From Antedon mediterranea (lineage: Eukaryota; Animalia; Echinodermata): a stretch of 64,000 nucleotides of DNA. The stretch is taken from assembly GCF_964355755.1 (NCBI RefSeq), contig NC_092672.1, positions 11,904,001-11,968,000 of the forward strand, read 5' to 3'. The notes under the pieces are model-generated. The model was not told where the DNA came from. It saw nothing but the letters and a program-made list of their open reading frames with translations, and ran no database searches. Below are positions 1-15,000 of this stretch, piece after piece; the stretch's first letter is position 1; every line of letters begins with the position of its first letter. Position numbers and translations under genes: made by a program.

Positions 1-2847
1 TAAGTGACAAAATGATGTTCTAAATGTACCATCCATGGGTTAAACCAATCGCCATTACGTATTACAATGTGAATTATAAGGCTTAATTGCTATAATTATG
101 TAAATAGTCAAATAAAAAAAGCACCAATTGGTATTGTTTTTGTAAATGTTATAATAATGTTCAATATTAATTTGATAACTGCAAATTATTAAAGGCAAAC
201 ATTTTTAAACATACCATCCACAGTTTGTTCCCCTCTACATCATTATGTATATTATAATGAGGATTATAAATGAATTATTATAATTATGTAAATACAGTAG
301 TTATTATAGCTTACTTTATACGTCTGTATTCAGTAATGTTAACAATGTAGCACAACTTCAAATAAATATAATTGTCATGATTTGTGTTTTTAGTACAGCA
401 CAACTTAAACAACCCCACCAATTATGTATTTATTTGTCTGAATGTGTACAATTACGTAATAATGATCCTCTTAATACTGAATGATAACGACTATGATACA
501 TTGATCTGCAATCGGCCTACATAATTTGAGTTTGTGAAATGTACTGTGTAACTATTTGGACTCATACTCTGTACTGTTCTATGTTCTTTCTTTCTCTATT
601 TACCCATAAATATAAATTATAAACATTGCAACATACAAATAATAATAATTATATCAATGTTAATTTATGAATGACGTAATACGTGTTTATACAATATTAA
701 TAGTAGTTTTTTATATGAAGCACAATATCTAAAATATGATTATTATTTTATATTTTTTAAATGTTATAACAATACGAAACAATGATTACCGTAAAATGTA
801 TATTTTAAATTTAAAATGTGAATCAGTGTCGTTTCTGTCAATATTTTGAATACAATTCATGTATAAACCTAAAAAAAAAATAATGTTAAATCATAGGTTA
901 TTTTCCAAGTCGTCTTGATTATTTACCATAATATTTGAATAGGCCTATGTACGTTTTTGTAAATCTGATTCGATGTTGACATTTATCATTGTAAATATTG
1001 TAAAATAGGCATCAAATAATGTTGTCACTAGTGATAAGGGTAAAGAGTACAGTTTAATAGGATCAATAATTATCTATTTCAGACATGACATGCTTTTCAT
1101 AGTTATAGGCCATATTGCCTGAATAGATGACTCATGAAGACAAGAGCATCGATGCTCTTATTACCAAGAGGATTGAAATCGATGGCTCTTTCCGCTACGT
1201 TGCTTAGCAGTATATTGTGTACAGTAATAAATTATGTAAATTTACAAAATGTATAGAGTTTTTGCTATTAAAATGTCAAGCAAGAACCTGGCAACCAACT
1301 CTTATTACACTATAATTTGCCAGAAACTAAAATGTATGCCCAATAATGTTAGCGAAACTGTGATCTGGATAGAATGACACATTATAATAATATAATATAA
1401 TGTTCTCATGTAATCATTATATTAAAAACGTTAATTTTAAAATGTGGTTACTAGGTTTGTTATCATTATACAATAACCATTTATGTCAACTTAATTGTAA
1501 ATAATTATTGTAGTCTGATATAATTATATTAATAATAGTATGTATTTAGAGATTCTTTATAATAGATTATTGTTACCTTTTAGATTAATATTATTAGTTA
1601 ATGGATATCTGTGTGTGTGTTAATTAAACAAATATTGTTACCACATATTGTACATATACAATGTTATAACATATAACAATATTTAGGCTTCTTATATCAT
1701 AGATATTTTTAAATAGGTCCTAGAGTGTTTTAAATTTTACATACTACCGTTATTATATTCATGATTACTATAAATGTTATTATTGTGTGCACTTAATGAA
1801 TGGAGTAATGAGTGACACCCAATTCATTTTATTGCTGATATCGATATAAAGTTATTTGTCAAATATAATGTACTTGATCCTTGTTTAATTTATATGGTGT
1901 TTGTTATTTTTTTGCTATGTGGCTTGCGCGTACTGGGCTACTATTCGCTAACTCAACAACCACGGTTGCTTTACGACATGTGATGCTTCTATACAATATT
2001 GCCTGATATTGATATATTGATACGTTACGTTATAGTGGACGTTCACTCATCCTCTCTTTTGGCAAGCAAAATTAGTTCTTCTAAACATAACCTCAAAATA
2101 CATTCGATTTTGTAGCTTCTTTGTTTTATTTTCTCTTTCGCTCGTTCGTTCGAGTAACGCCAACGCGTAGTAACACAATTACGTTTTCACCTTTATCTTG
2201 TTGAATAGGTATGTACTGGTCTACGGTCTATTGTCGGTGAATGTTAACACACAATCTTAACATATACCCTGGGATGATTTGGAATATAGAAGTGGGATGA
2301 TAATTTATAGTATTTCTATTAATATCTCAATCGGGGACAAATTTAAGAATGATTCGTGATTTCTCTTTTATTTATTACACTTTGTGTAGTGAATAGAAAT
2401 AATGGTGACGATGATGATGTTAAGATTACACATATACAATGACGGTAATGAATCAGGTTTATTATGCACTTGTAAAATAATTTCAAATTATAATTATAAG
2501 AATATAATTATAACTGTTTATCTTTTAACCTTGGGGAGGGGAGGACATATGGATAGTTTCATGAAGTAAGGCAAAAAACAATTACTTATTACAATGACAT
2601 TACCAGTTATTATTATTGTTTTCTTTTTAATGTTTGTTTTTGTCAACATTTTAGAGTCATTAGTTTTCTTGTCATGTCGACAACTGCATTCAGGTGGCCA
2701 ATGCGTAAAGTAATTATAACTTATTTTGATCTCTTTTCACACATTGTCCTCTTGTATCTTTTTGTTTCTTTTCTAAAGTATAATATATCTGTTATTGTTT
2801 TATTCAATGTGTGGAAAATAAATTAAACAAGCAAACCAGTATTGACA

Positions 2848-2960
2848 ATAATGATGATGGTGGTGATGATGATGATGATGATGATGATGGTAATGATGAT
2901 GGTGATGATGAATAATATTATGATGATGTTGAATATGATGATGATGAACATGATGAAGAC
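2848..2960. repeat. Imperfect (ATG)n microsatellite
   Basis: Direct reading. Confidence 0.9.
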
Positions 2961-3973
2961 GATTTTAATGTTGAAGATGGTTAACAACACTTTAAACAAG
3001 GTTAAAGAAAACAATATGAAACTATGCCAATGCATACAATCAGCGGAAACCATTGTGCAGATGATGGCGACAACAAATTCGATATAGCTCTTTGTTCACT
3101 AATTAGCAACGGTTTATATTACTCTACCTTGTACTTAAGCTATTTTCTAAATGCGCTTCAAAAAGAGTTAATTAACTTGTGAATAAGTGAATAATGCAAA
3201 TGACATTATACAGTTGACGGCCTATCTTATCGATTGGCAAAACTGGAGTATCAAGACCGTGTGAGAATCGAAAATACAATTAGGTTGAATACATTCATGA
3301 GGCGATAAAAGTAAGATTATTTTTAAATGCTGTTTCTATGTCTGATGGCATTTTTTATCTAAAGGACTAAGACTAGCGTTACATGTTACTAAACAATAAC
3401 TGCAGTGAAATAATTCAATGTAACGTCGATATTGGTCGACCTTTCTCGAAAATAAATAATAATAATTTGTGACCATATTCTTCAGTCTACATAATTATAA
3501 TCCATTAAACCCAATATACTTCGCTTAGCGATAAAACAGTTTTAAATCGTTCGATAGCAGCGATATACTGAGTGTGTTATTTTTAAGAAAGATGTTTTAT
3601 TTTACAAGATTAACAAGAACATTACATTTGCAGAGGTTCAATTGGGATATCTGTACAATATGTATGTACCCTGCCAATTAGAAAACCGGGAAGATGGTCA
3701 TGGATATGGAGATTGCAATGTCAATTACACCGACGTGAATTGGTTATAACAATATAGTGGGCAATTCCATCTGATCTATAATGAAATGAAAGGTTATCAT
3801 GGAGCACCATGCATAATTATTACAATTTACATTAATTTTATTGTTACCTTCATTGTTATCAATACATACATATTCAGTCATTAGCATCATAGCAATATCA
3901 TAATAGTTATCATCTTCATCACTATCACGGATATCCATCTACACACACCAGGCATAACACATTTTTGACATTT

Positions 3974-4165
3974 ATCATCATCATCATCATCACCGTTATC
4001 GTCATCGTCATCATAATCATCAAGATCATCATTATCATCAGCAGCATCGTTACCGTCAATATATCATCATCGTCATCATCATCCTAATCATCATTATAAT
4101 CATTATCATCATCCTAACCACCAACATCACCGCCATCATCACCACCACCATCATCATCATCATCA
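3974..4165. repeat. Imperfect (ATC)n microsatellite
   Basis: Direct reading. Confidence 0.9.
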
Positions 4166-5379
4166 ATACGTATTTAGGATAACAAAGCCAATTACCATCG
4201 ATATTTTTAAGTCGTGACACAATCATATCATACCATTTCTTCAAATTTTAAAATATATTCAAATTGGTAATAATATGTGGTCTTAAAGACCCAACAGTAG
4301 ACACGCTACACTTATTTACACAATTATATGCCGTACGTTTTCTGCTTTTGTCATGCATCAGCAGTAAAACGGTTGAATAAATTATGAATATCAGGGTAAC
4401 CACGCAAGCTGCAAGAATTCACAGTTTGTGATAATTAATTATATCATAAACGTATACATTTTCTCAAATTGATTGCTCTTAACATGTCTACCTGGTAGCC
4501 ATTTTAATTTAAAAATCAGTCGGGGAATAGTATTTAAAAGTGGGCTTATAACTTAACAACATAATTTGAAATATAATGTAGGTCTTATAATACAATGAAT
4601 TATAAATACACAGTAACATAAATACATTGTGTATCACTCATTCAAAATGCGTCATTGCATGTTGTTGTAAATGATGCTGGATTAAATAAAATGTAATATT
4701 CATTGAAATCATTTGATGGCAGATAAAAGAGTACAGAGAATGTAAATAAATAGTGTTATCGTGTCGAAGAATAATCGTATCAAGTAAATAAGAGTAGCCA
4801 GATGATGGTAGTGATGACGGGCTGATGGCATCTATTGTGGTTACTAATGTTTGTTTGTTTGATAATAATGTATCCTCAATATAGGAAATTCGTATTAGAT
4901 CGACAACGGACTAACATAGCAGCATTCATGAATCTGTTCTGAATATTTAATGTATTGATATTATTGCGCATAATGTATAATATAATTGGTAATATTTAAA
5001 TTATTCAGACACATTAGTGATTTAAGCCATTGTAAATTATTCAAGAAGTACTCTTTATTTGAATAATTACATTAGGAAAACAGATGGTCCTTAATTAAAT
5101 AATTTATCTAATGCATAAGCAATATATTTTGTTATTGCATTGATTAAAATATAATATATTGGATATATAATTAAATAATTAATATAATAATGGAAACCGT
5201 CACTAATAAATAAATGTCAATAGCAAAACGGCGAAAGATTTTATAATAAAAGCAATATTGATAGCAGTTATATTAAAAAATACTGGCAAAATTATAATGT
5301 TTTTTTCTTCAAATTTAGCCTACACTAGGAAAACGTACTTTCATTCAATCTGACTAAAATGATTTTGAAGATGTTATAT

Positions 5380-5535
5380 AAAACAAATAATGAATGTTTT
5401 ATATTCGTGTTATGGTACAAATAATTTCATTCGGTGAAAGATGAAAAGCTCATATTCTCACTCGGTTGTCCTTTCATCTTTCACCTCTTGAAATAATTTG
5501 AACCATCACACTCATAAATATTTCTTATTTGTATA
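5380..5535. mobile_element. Palindromic MITE-like element
   Basis: Inverted arms (atggtacaaataatttca..ggtgaaagatgaaa / tttcatctttcacc..tgaaataatttgaaccat). Confidence 0.6.
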
Positions 5536-5767
5536 CTAATACCACGTAACGGCTGTGTGTCGACTATCAATGTTTGCACGTTTGTAAAATGGCTGAACCC
5601 CAACTCTTGTGTTGAGTTTGTCTCCGTGAAAACCCGAGACTGTGTGCCGCCTAATATGTATTAAACTGTATATGCAACCATCATTATAACCAATATATTA
5701 AACTTATTATGGAGAAATAATAATAATAATAATAAATCTAAAAGAATAACATCAATTGCATGTAGTA

Positions 5768-5814
<47 letters not shown>
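5768..5814. repeat. (ATG)n microsatellite
   Basis: Perfect trinucleotide run. Confidence 0.95.
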
Positions 5815-5815
<1 letters not shown>

Positions 5816-8800
5816 GTTGGATTCACTAACAGCCTCATCAAACAGGCGCACCATTATAATATAACAACTGAGTTGAAACGAAAACAGTATTAGTTATATG
5901 CAATATCCACATTAATGAAAGTAAAGATATTATGTCGCATGACGAAAATCATGTTTATAATATCAATATGTGAGTATATACGGCATATTGTGTAACATTG
6001 GGGTTACTGCTTATAAAAAAAACATGCTTAGTAAGTGTACATAGTGTTCTTTATATCTTAAAATGGTTCTACCGGTTCTTTAAAGTATGCCAATGATGTT
6101 TTAATATCATTAAAGAAGTTAATTCAGTTATTATAGGCATATTTATCGGATTTATATGATATGACAGAATTGTGAATAATAACTCATGTAAATTTATATT
6201 AGAATAATTATAATTCTTTTAATAAAATTATATTACTATAAGCATAACATTAAAAGTTGAACTGGCAGTTAATAGAGCAGATTGGTAGTAATTTCAAGAA
6301 ATTACTTACAAGAAATGCCATGTTCAAATTATTGATTAAATGGAGGAATTAATGACATTTAGAATTATAGAATACCGTAATACAGTAATGTCAGATACAA
6401 ATTCTAGTGTATTGTGACAGTTTTTTTTTACTTAATCTGCTGTTTTTGTGATTAGGTTTGTGATCCCTGTATATAGAAATGGGAAGGAATAGGCCTACAA
6501 TAAAAAAAAAACAAACAAAAAACTGATTTAAATAAATAAAAGAATGTTTTTATTCAAAGCATGGAGAACAATATTTAAACAACATTCCACAACACATTGT
6601 ACCAGTGCATCTTAAAATCAACACACGGAATTCATGCGTGTGTTTAACGATGGATACTCGACTCATACGAAATAGGATTGCATACAAAATGATATATTAT
6701 ACAAAGAGACTGAACATGCTTGATGACGTACTCAATACGGTGTTTATAATAATTGGAGTTCTTCTCGCGCGCAACACACTGTAATTCTTATCAATGTTAA
6801 ATTGAGGTTTAGCTAATTTTAACAACGTATATCGATATACAATTGACACTCGGATTTCACTCGAAACATACATAATTATTGCACGTGCTGTCAACAGTAA
6901 TGTATGCTTTTGCTGATGCTTATTGTAATTCTCGCTAAGAGAAAGCGAATTATTTGTTTTGCTACAAAGCATCGTCTGATTTGATCGGTTTATTCGGTTC
7001 ATATAAAACACATGTCATTAGTGTAATGTTGATACTGATACTGATATTATTTTAATGTCCATAGTAATACATTTGAAACTGGCATGAAATATAAAAACAA
7101 GCCATATACATGGCTGCAGTCGCGTGCTCAAATTTGAGTTAGTGTTTACCGACCGACCGACTAACCGACCGACATAGTGAGCTGTAGAGTTGCGTTTGCA
7201 CGCGACTAAAAAAGGATATACTATACAAATTCAGAAAATTCAACAAAATACACAAATATACATTAAAAGCTAGGTTATGTATAATACATACATATTAGAA
7301 GCTTTTATCATAAAATTATTAAAACTATTACAACTACAATATTAAAAAGAAAGAATTGCACAATGATACGTTAACACTAGAGTTTCCTATCTTTTTTGAC
7401 GGGTGTTTATCAAATCATTTTTATAGGAAAATATGAATTTTCTTGAATAATCTATGTTTAAATTAAATGTGATCTATGTGTGCACGTTTAACAACTTAAT
7501 TTTCAACGAGTCATTTTCAACTCTTAAACGTGTAAAATGCTATCCACGTTAAAACGCATCGAAACACGTACTTTACGGTATTTTCTGCACACATAATGTA
7601 TGACGTAGTTTAGTTTTACCATGCGTATACGGATACGGAGGCTGTACAAACTGCATATTTTAAAGAGCACTCGCGGCATCTGACCAGAGAATTCAACGTT
7701 ATAAAGTAAATGAACACATTGTGCGCTCTGGTAGACCTATATGATAATATAAACCAAACTCCGAAAAAGTGAGGCAGGTCATGATGGTATTTACTTTGTT
7801 GTTGAGCTTTATTTTATTATCCGCATGAATTCCATTGTGAACTAATTATAGGTACCACCAGGAGTAGAAATGGGAAATTAATTGACCAATCATCAAAATT
7901 TATAAGACAAAAACAATCAAACCAAACAAGAAAAAACAAACAATTAACATAACAAGCCTGGCAATACACCAGCTTTAATAGGCATACTTAATTAATTACT
8001 CCGTTTATCATAATTGTGTATTCACATATTAAATCCTTATTTCAACCAACAGTGTTATGATAAATAGTGTGTAGCATATAACGTATCAGTGTACAATGTT
8101 ACTATAATGAACATACTATTTGCAGCCGTGACACTACAATAAGGCACTAATGCCTTATTACAAATAATAAACCCACAAAATACGTCTATTCTCTTCGTAA
8201 CGATAATTAGGATTAATTAAAAAATGTAAAACTTTTTCAAATTATTAATTAATATTCATTTGTTTTCTATTTTTTTATAATTTAAAAACGCCAACATTAA
8301 TCTTTTTTCCTAGCCCACTTATACAGCCAATAAGGTTATAGGCCAATTGCATACACTATTGATCTCATTATCCATAGGATGGTTATTATTTTTTATGTTA
8401 AACAATTCCTAAACATTCGAAGCACATGATTAAAACTATATATTCTAATGGTTTACAATGTTTTAATTCCACTATTTTAACTGGTTTATATACAGTGTAT
8501 TTTATAAACTGATTTGAATTAATTAAATAGACTAATGGATTTATAAAGGTTGCTATAATTGAATGCTTATAACATTTTTATCATTCTTGTAACAATCAAA
8601 CTATATGTTTCAGCTTATTATTAAATGTACTACGCAAAATTGTATGTACAGAATCAAGTGTAATGTCATTGGATATTGGTTACCGTCAGTATACAACATA
8701 ATAGTATGATCTGTGGGTACAATAATTTTAACTAAAATGTTTCATGTTAAAAATAAAACCCTTAAGTAATTGAAATTGGGTAAAAAAGTAACATAATACT

Positions 8801-10636
8801 ATTATTTGCACACTAACATTTACATTGGTCCTCGGTTGTAACCCGTTATCGATTGTTTGTCGCCTCAAATAGTATCATGTGTTACATTTTGTGTTTTACT
8901 TACTGTTTTGTTAACATTAACATTATTAAGCCTATCATCGACCACCTTTTCTTATTTATTTTTTTAACATAGCATCGATATATGTCCGATAAATAATATG
9001 TTTAAATATGTTTAAATATTAACAATTGTGATGTTAATTATAAATTCGTATTATAATAAGTATTACAAATTCATAATATTATAACAATGACATTTCGATG
9101 CATATCAATGGCAATAATGGACATAATGATGTTTTGTTTATTAAATAAATAAAATAAAAACATTATTAACGAATTCAGAGGTAAAATTGTATAACAAAAA
9201 CATAAAATAATTGTTGTGTGTATCACCTATTGTTTATAGAAGATGTATTTTAAAACAAACATTACACTTAAAATAATATAAGATACACCTAAACGTCAAA
9301 ATAATGTTATGTTTGTTATTAAAATGATACACCAAGGTGACAAGAATGAGGACAAAGAGAGCTCGATATCATCATGTGCATTCTTCTTTTTAAAATTACG
9401 GTCTGTTAACAATTTTGAATTACATTTCAAAGAAGATTCAATTACTCGTACATCTTGTACCATTGATTCATTAATGTACGTACTGTCAGTAAGGCTGAGC
9501 TGTAATTAATTTCAGTCGCCATTGTTAAACCTTCCCATCATCTTCGTTTTTCATTTCAAGCACAAGATGGCGCACTACGACTAATTAGAGTCGTTATAAT
9601 AAAATAGGCGTGGCTTACTTATCCCTCTACGTTCAAATATCTTCTGAACGATTCAGCCCGCAAGAGGGCTCTATATAAATTTGATATACCATTATGTAGT
9701 TCATTCAATATGTATTTTTTTTGTCGCATAGCGTCTTTTTGTCGAATTTTTTAAACCGTTTGATTTTCTTTAAACGGATATTATTGCACCATATTCAATA
9801 AGCTAGTTGATTAGAATGATAACTAAAAGAAAACAGTTTGTCTCAATTCGAATTATTAAATAATCCGAATAAGTGTGAAATCGAACCTGTTATAAGTTCA
9901 ATCAGTTCATTGCTAAATAAGCAAAACCAATTTATATCGTTACCCATTCCATGTTTGAATCAATTATTGTGACCGCTATTATTTGCATATAGTATATTGA
10001 CGATTTTTAAATTATCAAATAATGACATCACATGTTATGTGGCAGATTTATTTTCAAATCTAACATTATGCACATTGAATTTCTATAAGATAATTTTAGA
10101 ACAGTAGATAATGTATGTTTTGTACTGGTGGTACTGAGCTATTATTGTTTTTTTTTATTTTCTTTTTATCATGTATATAAATATATTGTATAATCCGGGT
10201 TGTAAAATGAAAACAAACAAATGAAAATGTGTGAACTATTTTAAAACGGGATAGATGATAATGATGATCCTTTAAAGTGTATAGCAAAATATAAGAAAAT
10301 TAATGAAAAAAGGAATAATACAGAATTCATATATCTAAAAATGTTACTTATGAACTGTAACGACATTTACAAGTTAAATAATACGATTTTATGTAATATG
10401 AAATAATATGAATGTGAATAAAAGTGGTGTTTGCGCCACAAAAGAGACAAAAAAAAATGTATGTTTTGTCATTAAAAACAAACATTTTATTTTACACAAT
10501 AAGAAAGTGATGCACTGTTGTCTAAATCTTCATTAAAAAAAGAAATAATTTATAAATAAGCTAGCCTCAGTTGCTTGTTAATGTTCGTGCTTCAGACAAT
10601 TAATAACTATACTAGATATTATTATAAAGTGAAGTG

Positions 10637-10795
10637 TTTTAATTAATAAGAAAATGAAAATGGTATCAGACTTCTTTTAATTAAGAAAATGAAATTGGTA
10701 TCGGACTTCTTTTAATTTTTAAGAAAATGAAATAGTATCAGACTTATTTTAACTAAGAAGAAAATGAAATGGTATCAGAGACCTCTTTTAATTAA
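10637..10795. repeat. Minisatellite, about 4 copies of a ~36-bp unit (aagaaaatgaaatggtatcagacttcttttaatt)
   Basis: Direct reading. Confidence 0.85.
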
Positions 10796-11487
10796 GATTT
10801 TTTATATACATTATTAGTTAGGCCTTTACGCATTCTTAAAAATTGCTTTTCCGCTGAAATACAGTACACGAATTGTAGATACCATACCGAAACTACCCCG
10901 TATGTCTGTATCTCATTAAACTTGGCTAAAATTGAATGAATACCAAGTGCAATATTAAAGGGAATAGTGTTTCTTAATAATTTCCACATAAAAACAACAG
11001 TATTCATCTGAATCTCGCCTAACTTACCACCATTATCAATGATCTATAGGTACTTTCAAATGGAAGGACAAAACTGCTATTAACTATGTAGTGCAATTAT
11101 AGAGAAAAACCTTTCTTTTAGTTGGATATTTTTATGTAAGAAAATAATACTGTAGGCAGGAGTATACACTCTCGGAGTACCCTCTAGTTTGCTTTACAAT
11201 CAGCCCCGAAATCTTAGTCGAAAGTTATCGAATAATATTTCCTTGCCTTTTATAACTGATTTTTTTATTTGGCGAATTTAAATCAATTAATATAACATTT
11301 ACTGGCTTCAAAGCTCTGTCTACATTATTAAACTTTGAAACAAATTTGATGTACCCATATATGGACGTGATGATGTCTGGGCATATCACACCTTTTTTTG
11401 CTCAAAATACTCTGAGCTTTATATTGTTTACCCAAACACTTGATTGATTTACCGACATTGAGATTGGTAATATACTTGGCATCAATT

Positions 11488-12017
11488 CTAAGCATTATAT
11501 TCTAACTTTTCAGCAGGAACAGTCATGTTATTCTCCTTTAAAAATGCAATAAATGATTGCAAGTTATCCTCCCTTAGAATCCCCCTTTGTTCAAGATCTA
11601 ATATCACAGTCCATTGGTTGTTACTTTGTTTTTTTAGAACACTTTTCAAACGGATGAGATCTCTTGTATTTTCTTTCGAAAGTGCGTCACCAAACTGAAT
11701 TAGGTGTTGTCGATATGTTGAGAAGGATGTGATACACTGGTTGGTTTTATCAAATGTCTCCTTTAACAGTTTGTTGACCTCCAAAACACCATTGGTACTA
11801 GTGACATTAATTGCGTCAATAAGAACTTTCACGTTGGTAGTGGTAACATTGCCAGATCGTTTCAATAAGTTGAAGAAATCTATGCAGTCAGCATTCTGTA
11901 GATCATTGTAAGGTGTTATCAGATCTTTGCATAACACCTTCAGTTTATCAAGAGAGCCATGTTCATCATACCAGCTCGAAACGTTTACCACGATTTTTTC
12001 AAACTCTTCAGATGATC
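11488..12017 (-). CDS. Terminal exon: two tandem death effector domain-like units
   Basis: Patterns FEKIVVNVS...LDKLKVLCKDLI...DFFNLLKRSGNVTTTNVKVL and FSTYRQHLIQFGDALSKEN...ILDLEQRGILREDNLQSF match the DED consensus (YRxLLxxIxxxLxxxD...FxxLExxGxIxxDNL). Confidence 0.8.
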
Positions 12018-15000
12018 CTGCAGTAAGGCATTGTAGAAAGAAAAGAATATTGAATAACATTGTACTTATCATTATAAACAAATACACTTTTGTTATAAAC
12101 AAACGAATAAAGGTATAGTCAAAGAAACACACATTACAATTTTTTTACTTATGCCCGTCTTTTAAATAGCGTAGACAATGTCAGTAGGCCAAGTGCGTTT
12201 ACTATTAGGCCTACTGTATACGGTTTTCTGTATTTATTTTGCAAACCTAAAGTGAATGACTCAATGAACCAATTGAATAAATCTGTGATTAGGATACATT
12301 TATCACAGTTTCTAAAGTGTTAACACATTTTCAAAGTGTGTTCAAATATAAAAGTTTTAGTAAGCTTCCACCAGTATGGATTACTGATACGGAATCTATA
12401 TGATAAAAATACATTTTCAGCGCAATATGTTCAACTTTAATTCTTTTATGAAATGATATGCCACAAATCATGATGAGAATCCTACACAAGTGTTTGTGTG
12501 ACGCAGATTGTTAGGACAGGCTTCCATTGAACTACCCAAAAGTGGGAATCATTAAAGATAAAGATAACTTCACATCACATTTAAAGAGGGTAAATTATAT
12601 GGTATTCAAACGTTAAAATGACCTTGTGGCAATACCATTATTTAAAATATAAAGCTACCTCTATAGTGCAGTGTTGCTGGCTCTACACAACTTCTTCCTG
12701 AAAATGAAAAAGATAATTACGATAATGATTGATAGAAACTGTTTTACTGCTCTTATTTGTTTGGGTTTTCCTACTTCTAACAGTTTCAAAAGTTGTGTTG
12801 GCATCACTATTGATAATCTAGTTTTTAAATTGTAGGGTACAGTAATGGTATTTCTAGGGCTGGTATGTGTAATGCATTTTAACAGATAGTTAATTTATCA
12901 AGACTTTACTCAAATCTTGGAAGAAAGAAGAAAACATACAATAACATAGTTCTTCATAACTTTCGAAAACAAGTTATGTTTTAAAAACACTCATTCATTT
13001 TTAAAAGACTTATGTATGGTCAGATGATAACGTATAGTTCAATATTTCTAATACATGTATTTAATAATAGTGGTTGGTACAGTATGTGAGATAGTACAAT
13101 ATGTGTATAATAATGATCATAGTAAGTAATTATTTGTGTTAGGTTTCATGAATAGATTGCACGTAAAAGTTGAATAATGTTTTCATTATTTATACAGATA
13201 TCATTCCAATAGTAAAAGTGTGAAACTGTGTAATCAACATACATACTTGTTATTTCTGTTGTTGAAGATATGCATGTTTCAAATGTCTTTTCTCTTTCTC
13301 TTTCGGTGACAGCAGTAATTTGTTCAGCTGTAAAAAAAACAATTCATTTGTAAAAAAGCAACATAATAGTTATTGTTTTGAATTCCTTTCCAACCTTCTA
13401 GAATGCTTATAATAAATTCAAAAAATAAGTGTAAACAATACTTTTCAGTTACTTTAGAGAACATAAAATAAAGCAATAAATGTTCAGACAAACGTACCGG
13501 GCAAAAACAGACGCTTGATATGAGCAGTATCCATAGCGTCATTCTTTCCACATTTAACCGAATTCTCGTTTAAACACCTTTTGAGATTGTGTAAGTGATG
13601 TTTATTTGGATCACAAACAGTGCATAATACACGAAGTTTGTAACCGATACCCTCGTATATAGTGCAGACAGTTTTTAGTTGTTTCTTCAAGTAGCTTAGT
13701 ACCTAAAATGAGACGGACATTTTCTCTCAAGATATAATTTATTATTACATGTCATTATAATTATTTAATTTGTTAATTTTGTGTTAATTACCTCCATGCA
13801 GACACTTGGTTGTAGTTCTGGTTTAAATGTCAACGCTATGTTAGTGTCATCAATATCTGTAGTAGGACTCCAGATTCTTAGGCGATATATTTCAAGCTGA
13901 AACATGTATACATGTAAGCATGATCGGGCAATTACGAATTTCAGAATCACCTTTTGTTAAATTGAATACAAAATACAACATTAAGTTCACAACTTTAAAG
14001 TAGGGCTAACATTAACGGACACATTCGATGAGGCAGGTGTTTATTAAAGTAATCCAGATTTTTTGATATTTCCTTTTGCATAATTCATAATTGAAAAATG
14101 TAAATTTTCAAAAGCATGTCAATAGAGATACCGGTACTGAATGTATATACCTTCAATGCATATGGCTTTTCTTGTGTATTGTTAATATTGACGGCACCTA
14201 GACTGACTCTATGTTCTTTAAAGTTGAAGTCACTACGATTCCGATATACTTGTGGATCATCACTGTCGGCTTTCGTCATCAATTCAAGAAATGCAACCAC
14301 TAAAGTGTGATACACAGCATCAGGGAGAAAGTCGGTCGGAGTAAGGTAAATTGATACCATTTGCACATTATCATCTTTGGTGACTTCCAGAGGCTCTTTG
14401 TCAACTTTCATCCGACACGGAACCAAGAACACTCGGTTACTATCTTCAACCCCCTGTTATGAACATAGTTACATAATTTAAAAGACAAACTAATTTTTTT
14501 TATTCTTAAAATATTAAAATAATGTACTAGTTTTAATATGTACAGTTTTTTCTTCTTATGTTTATTTTCATACAATAATGATGTCCATAATAATGATACT
14601 ATCATTTTTATTCCTAAAAATAAAAAACTAATTTAAACATAAAATGATATCAGTCTATTGAATGTAACATATGGAACAACTTCCGGACAACATTACAGAT
14701 TCATCTCCAAAACATGCGTTTCTTTCTTAAAAGATTATTTATTTAACTATAACTGTTATGTTAAAAAATGTGTGGAGAAACAGTACAGTTAATGTTTAGC
14801 TTTGTCTTTGTAAGATTATCTGTACGCTACTTTGTACTTCCATATACAATTTTTAACCTGGTTTAATTTGTGTTATAATTAAACTGTTGATAATTGTGAA
14901 TCAAAAAGTACTTACCGCCATTTCAAAAAGTAACCGAAACTCCTTCATTACTTCTATAAACACTTCAATGTGGCCTTCTTCCTGTTGCCATAGATAACGT

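Noticed and set aside
2190-3750. Several short plus-strand segments with splice-like borders
   Set aside because: Could not be joined into a consistent frame; stops are present and no recognisable motif was found
2823-4244. Met/Ile-rich ORFs (2823-3053, 2842-3087, 4056-4244)
   Set aside because: Translations of (ATG)/(ATC) microsatellites
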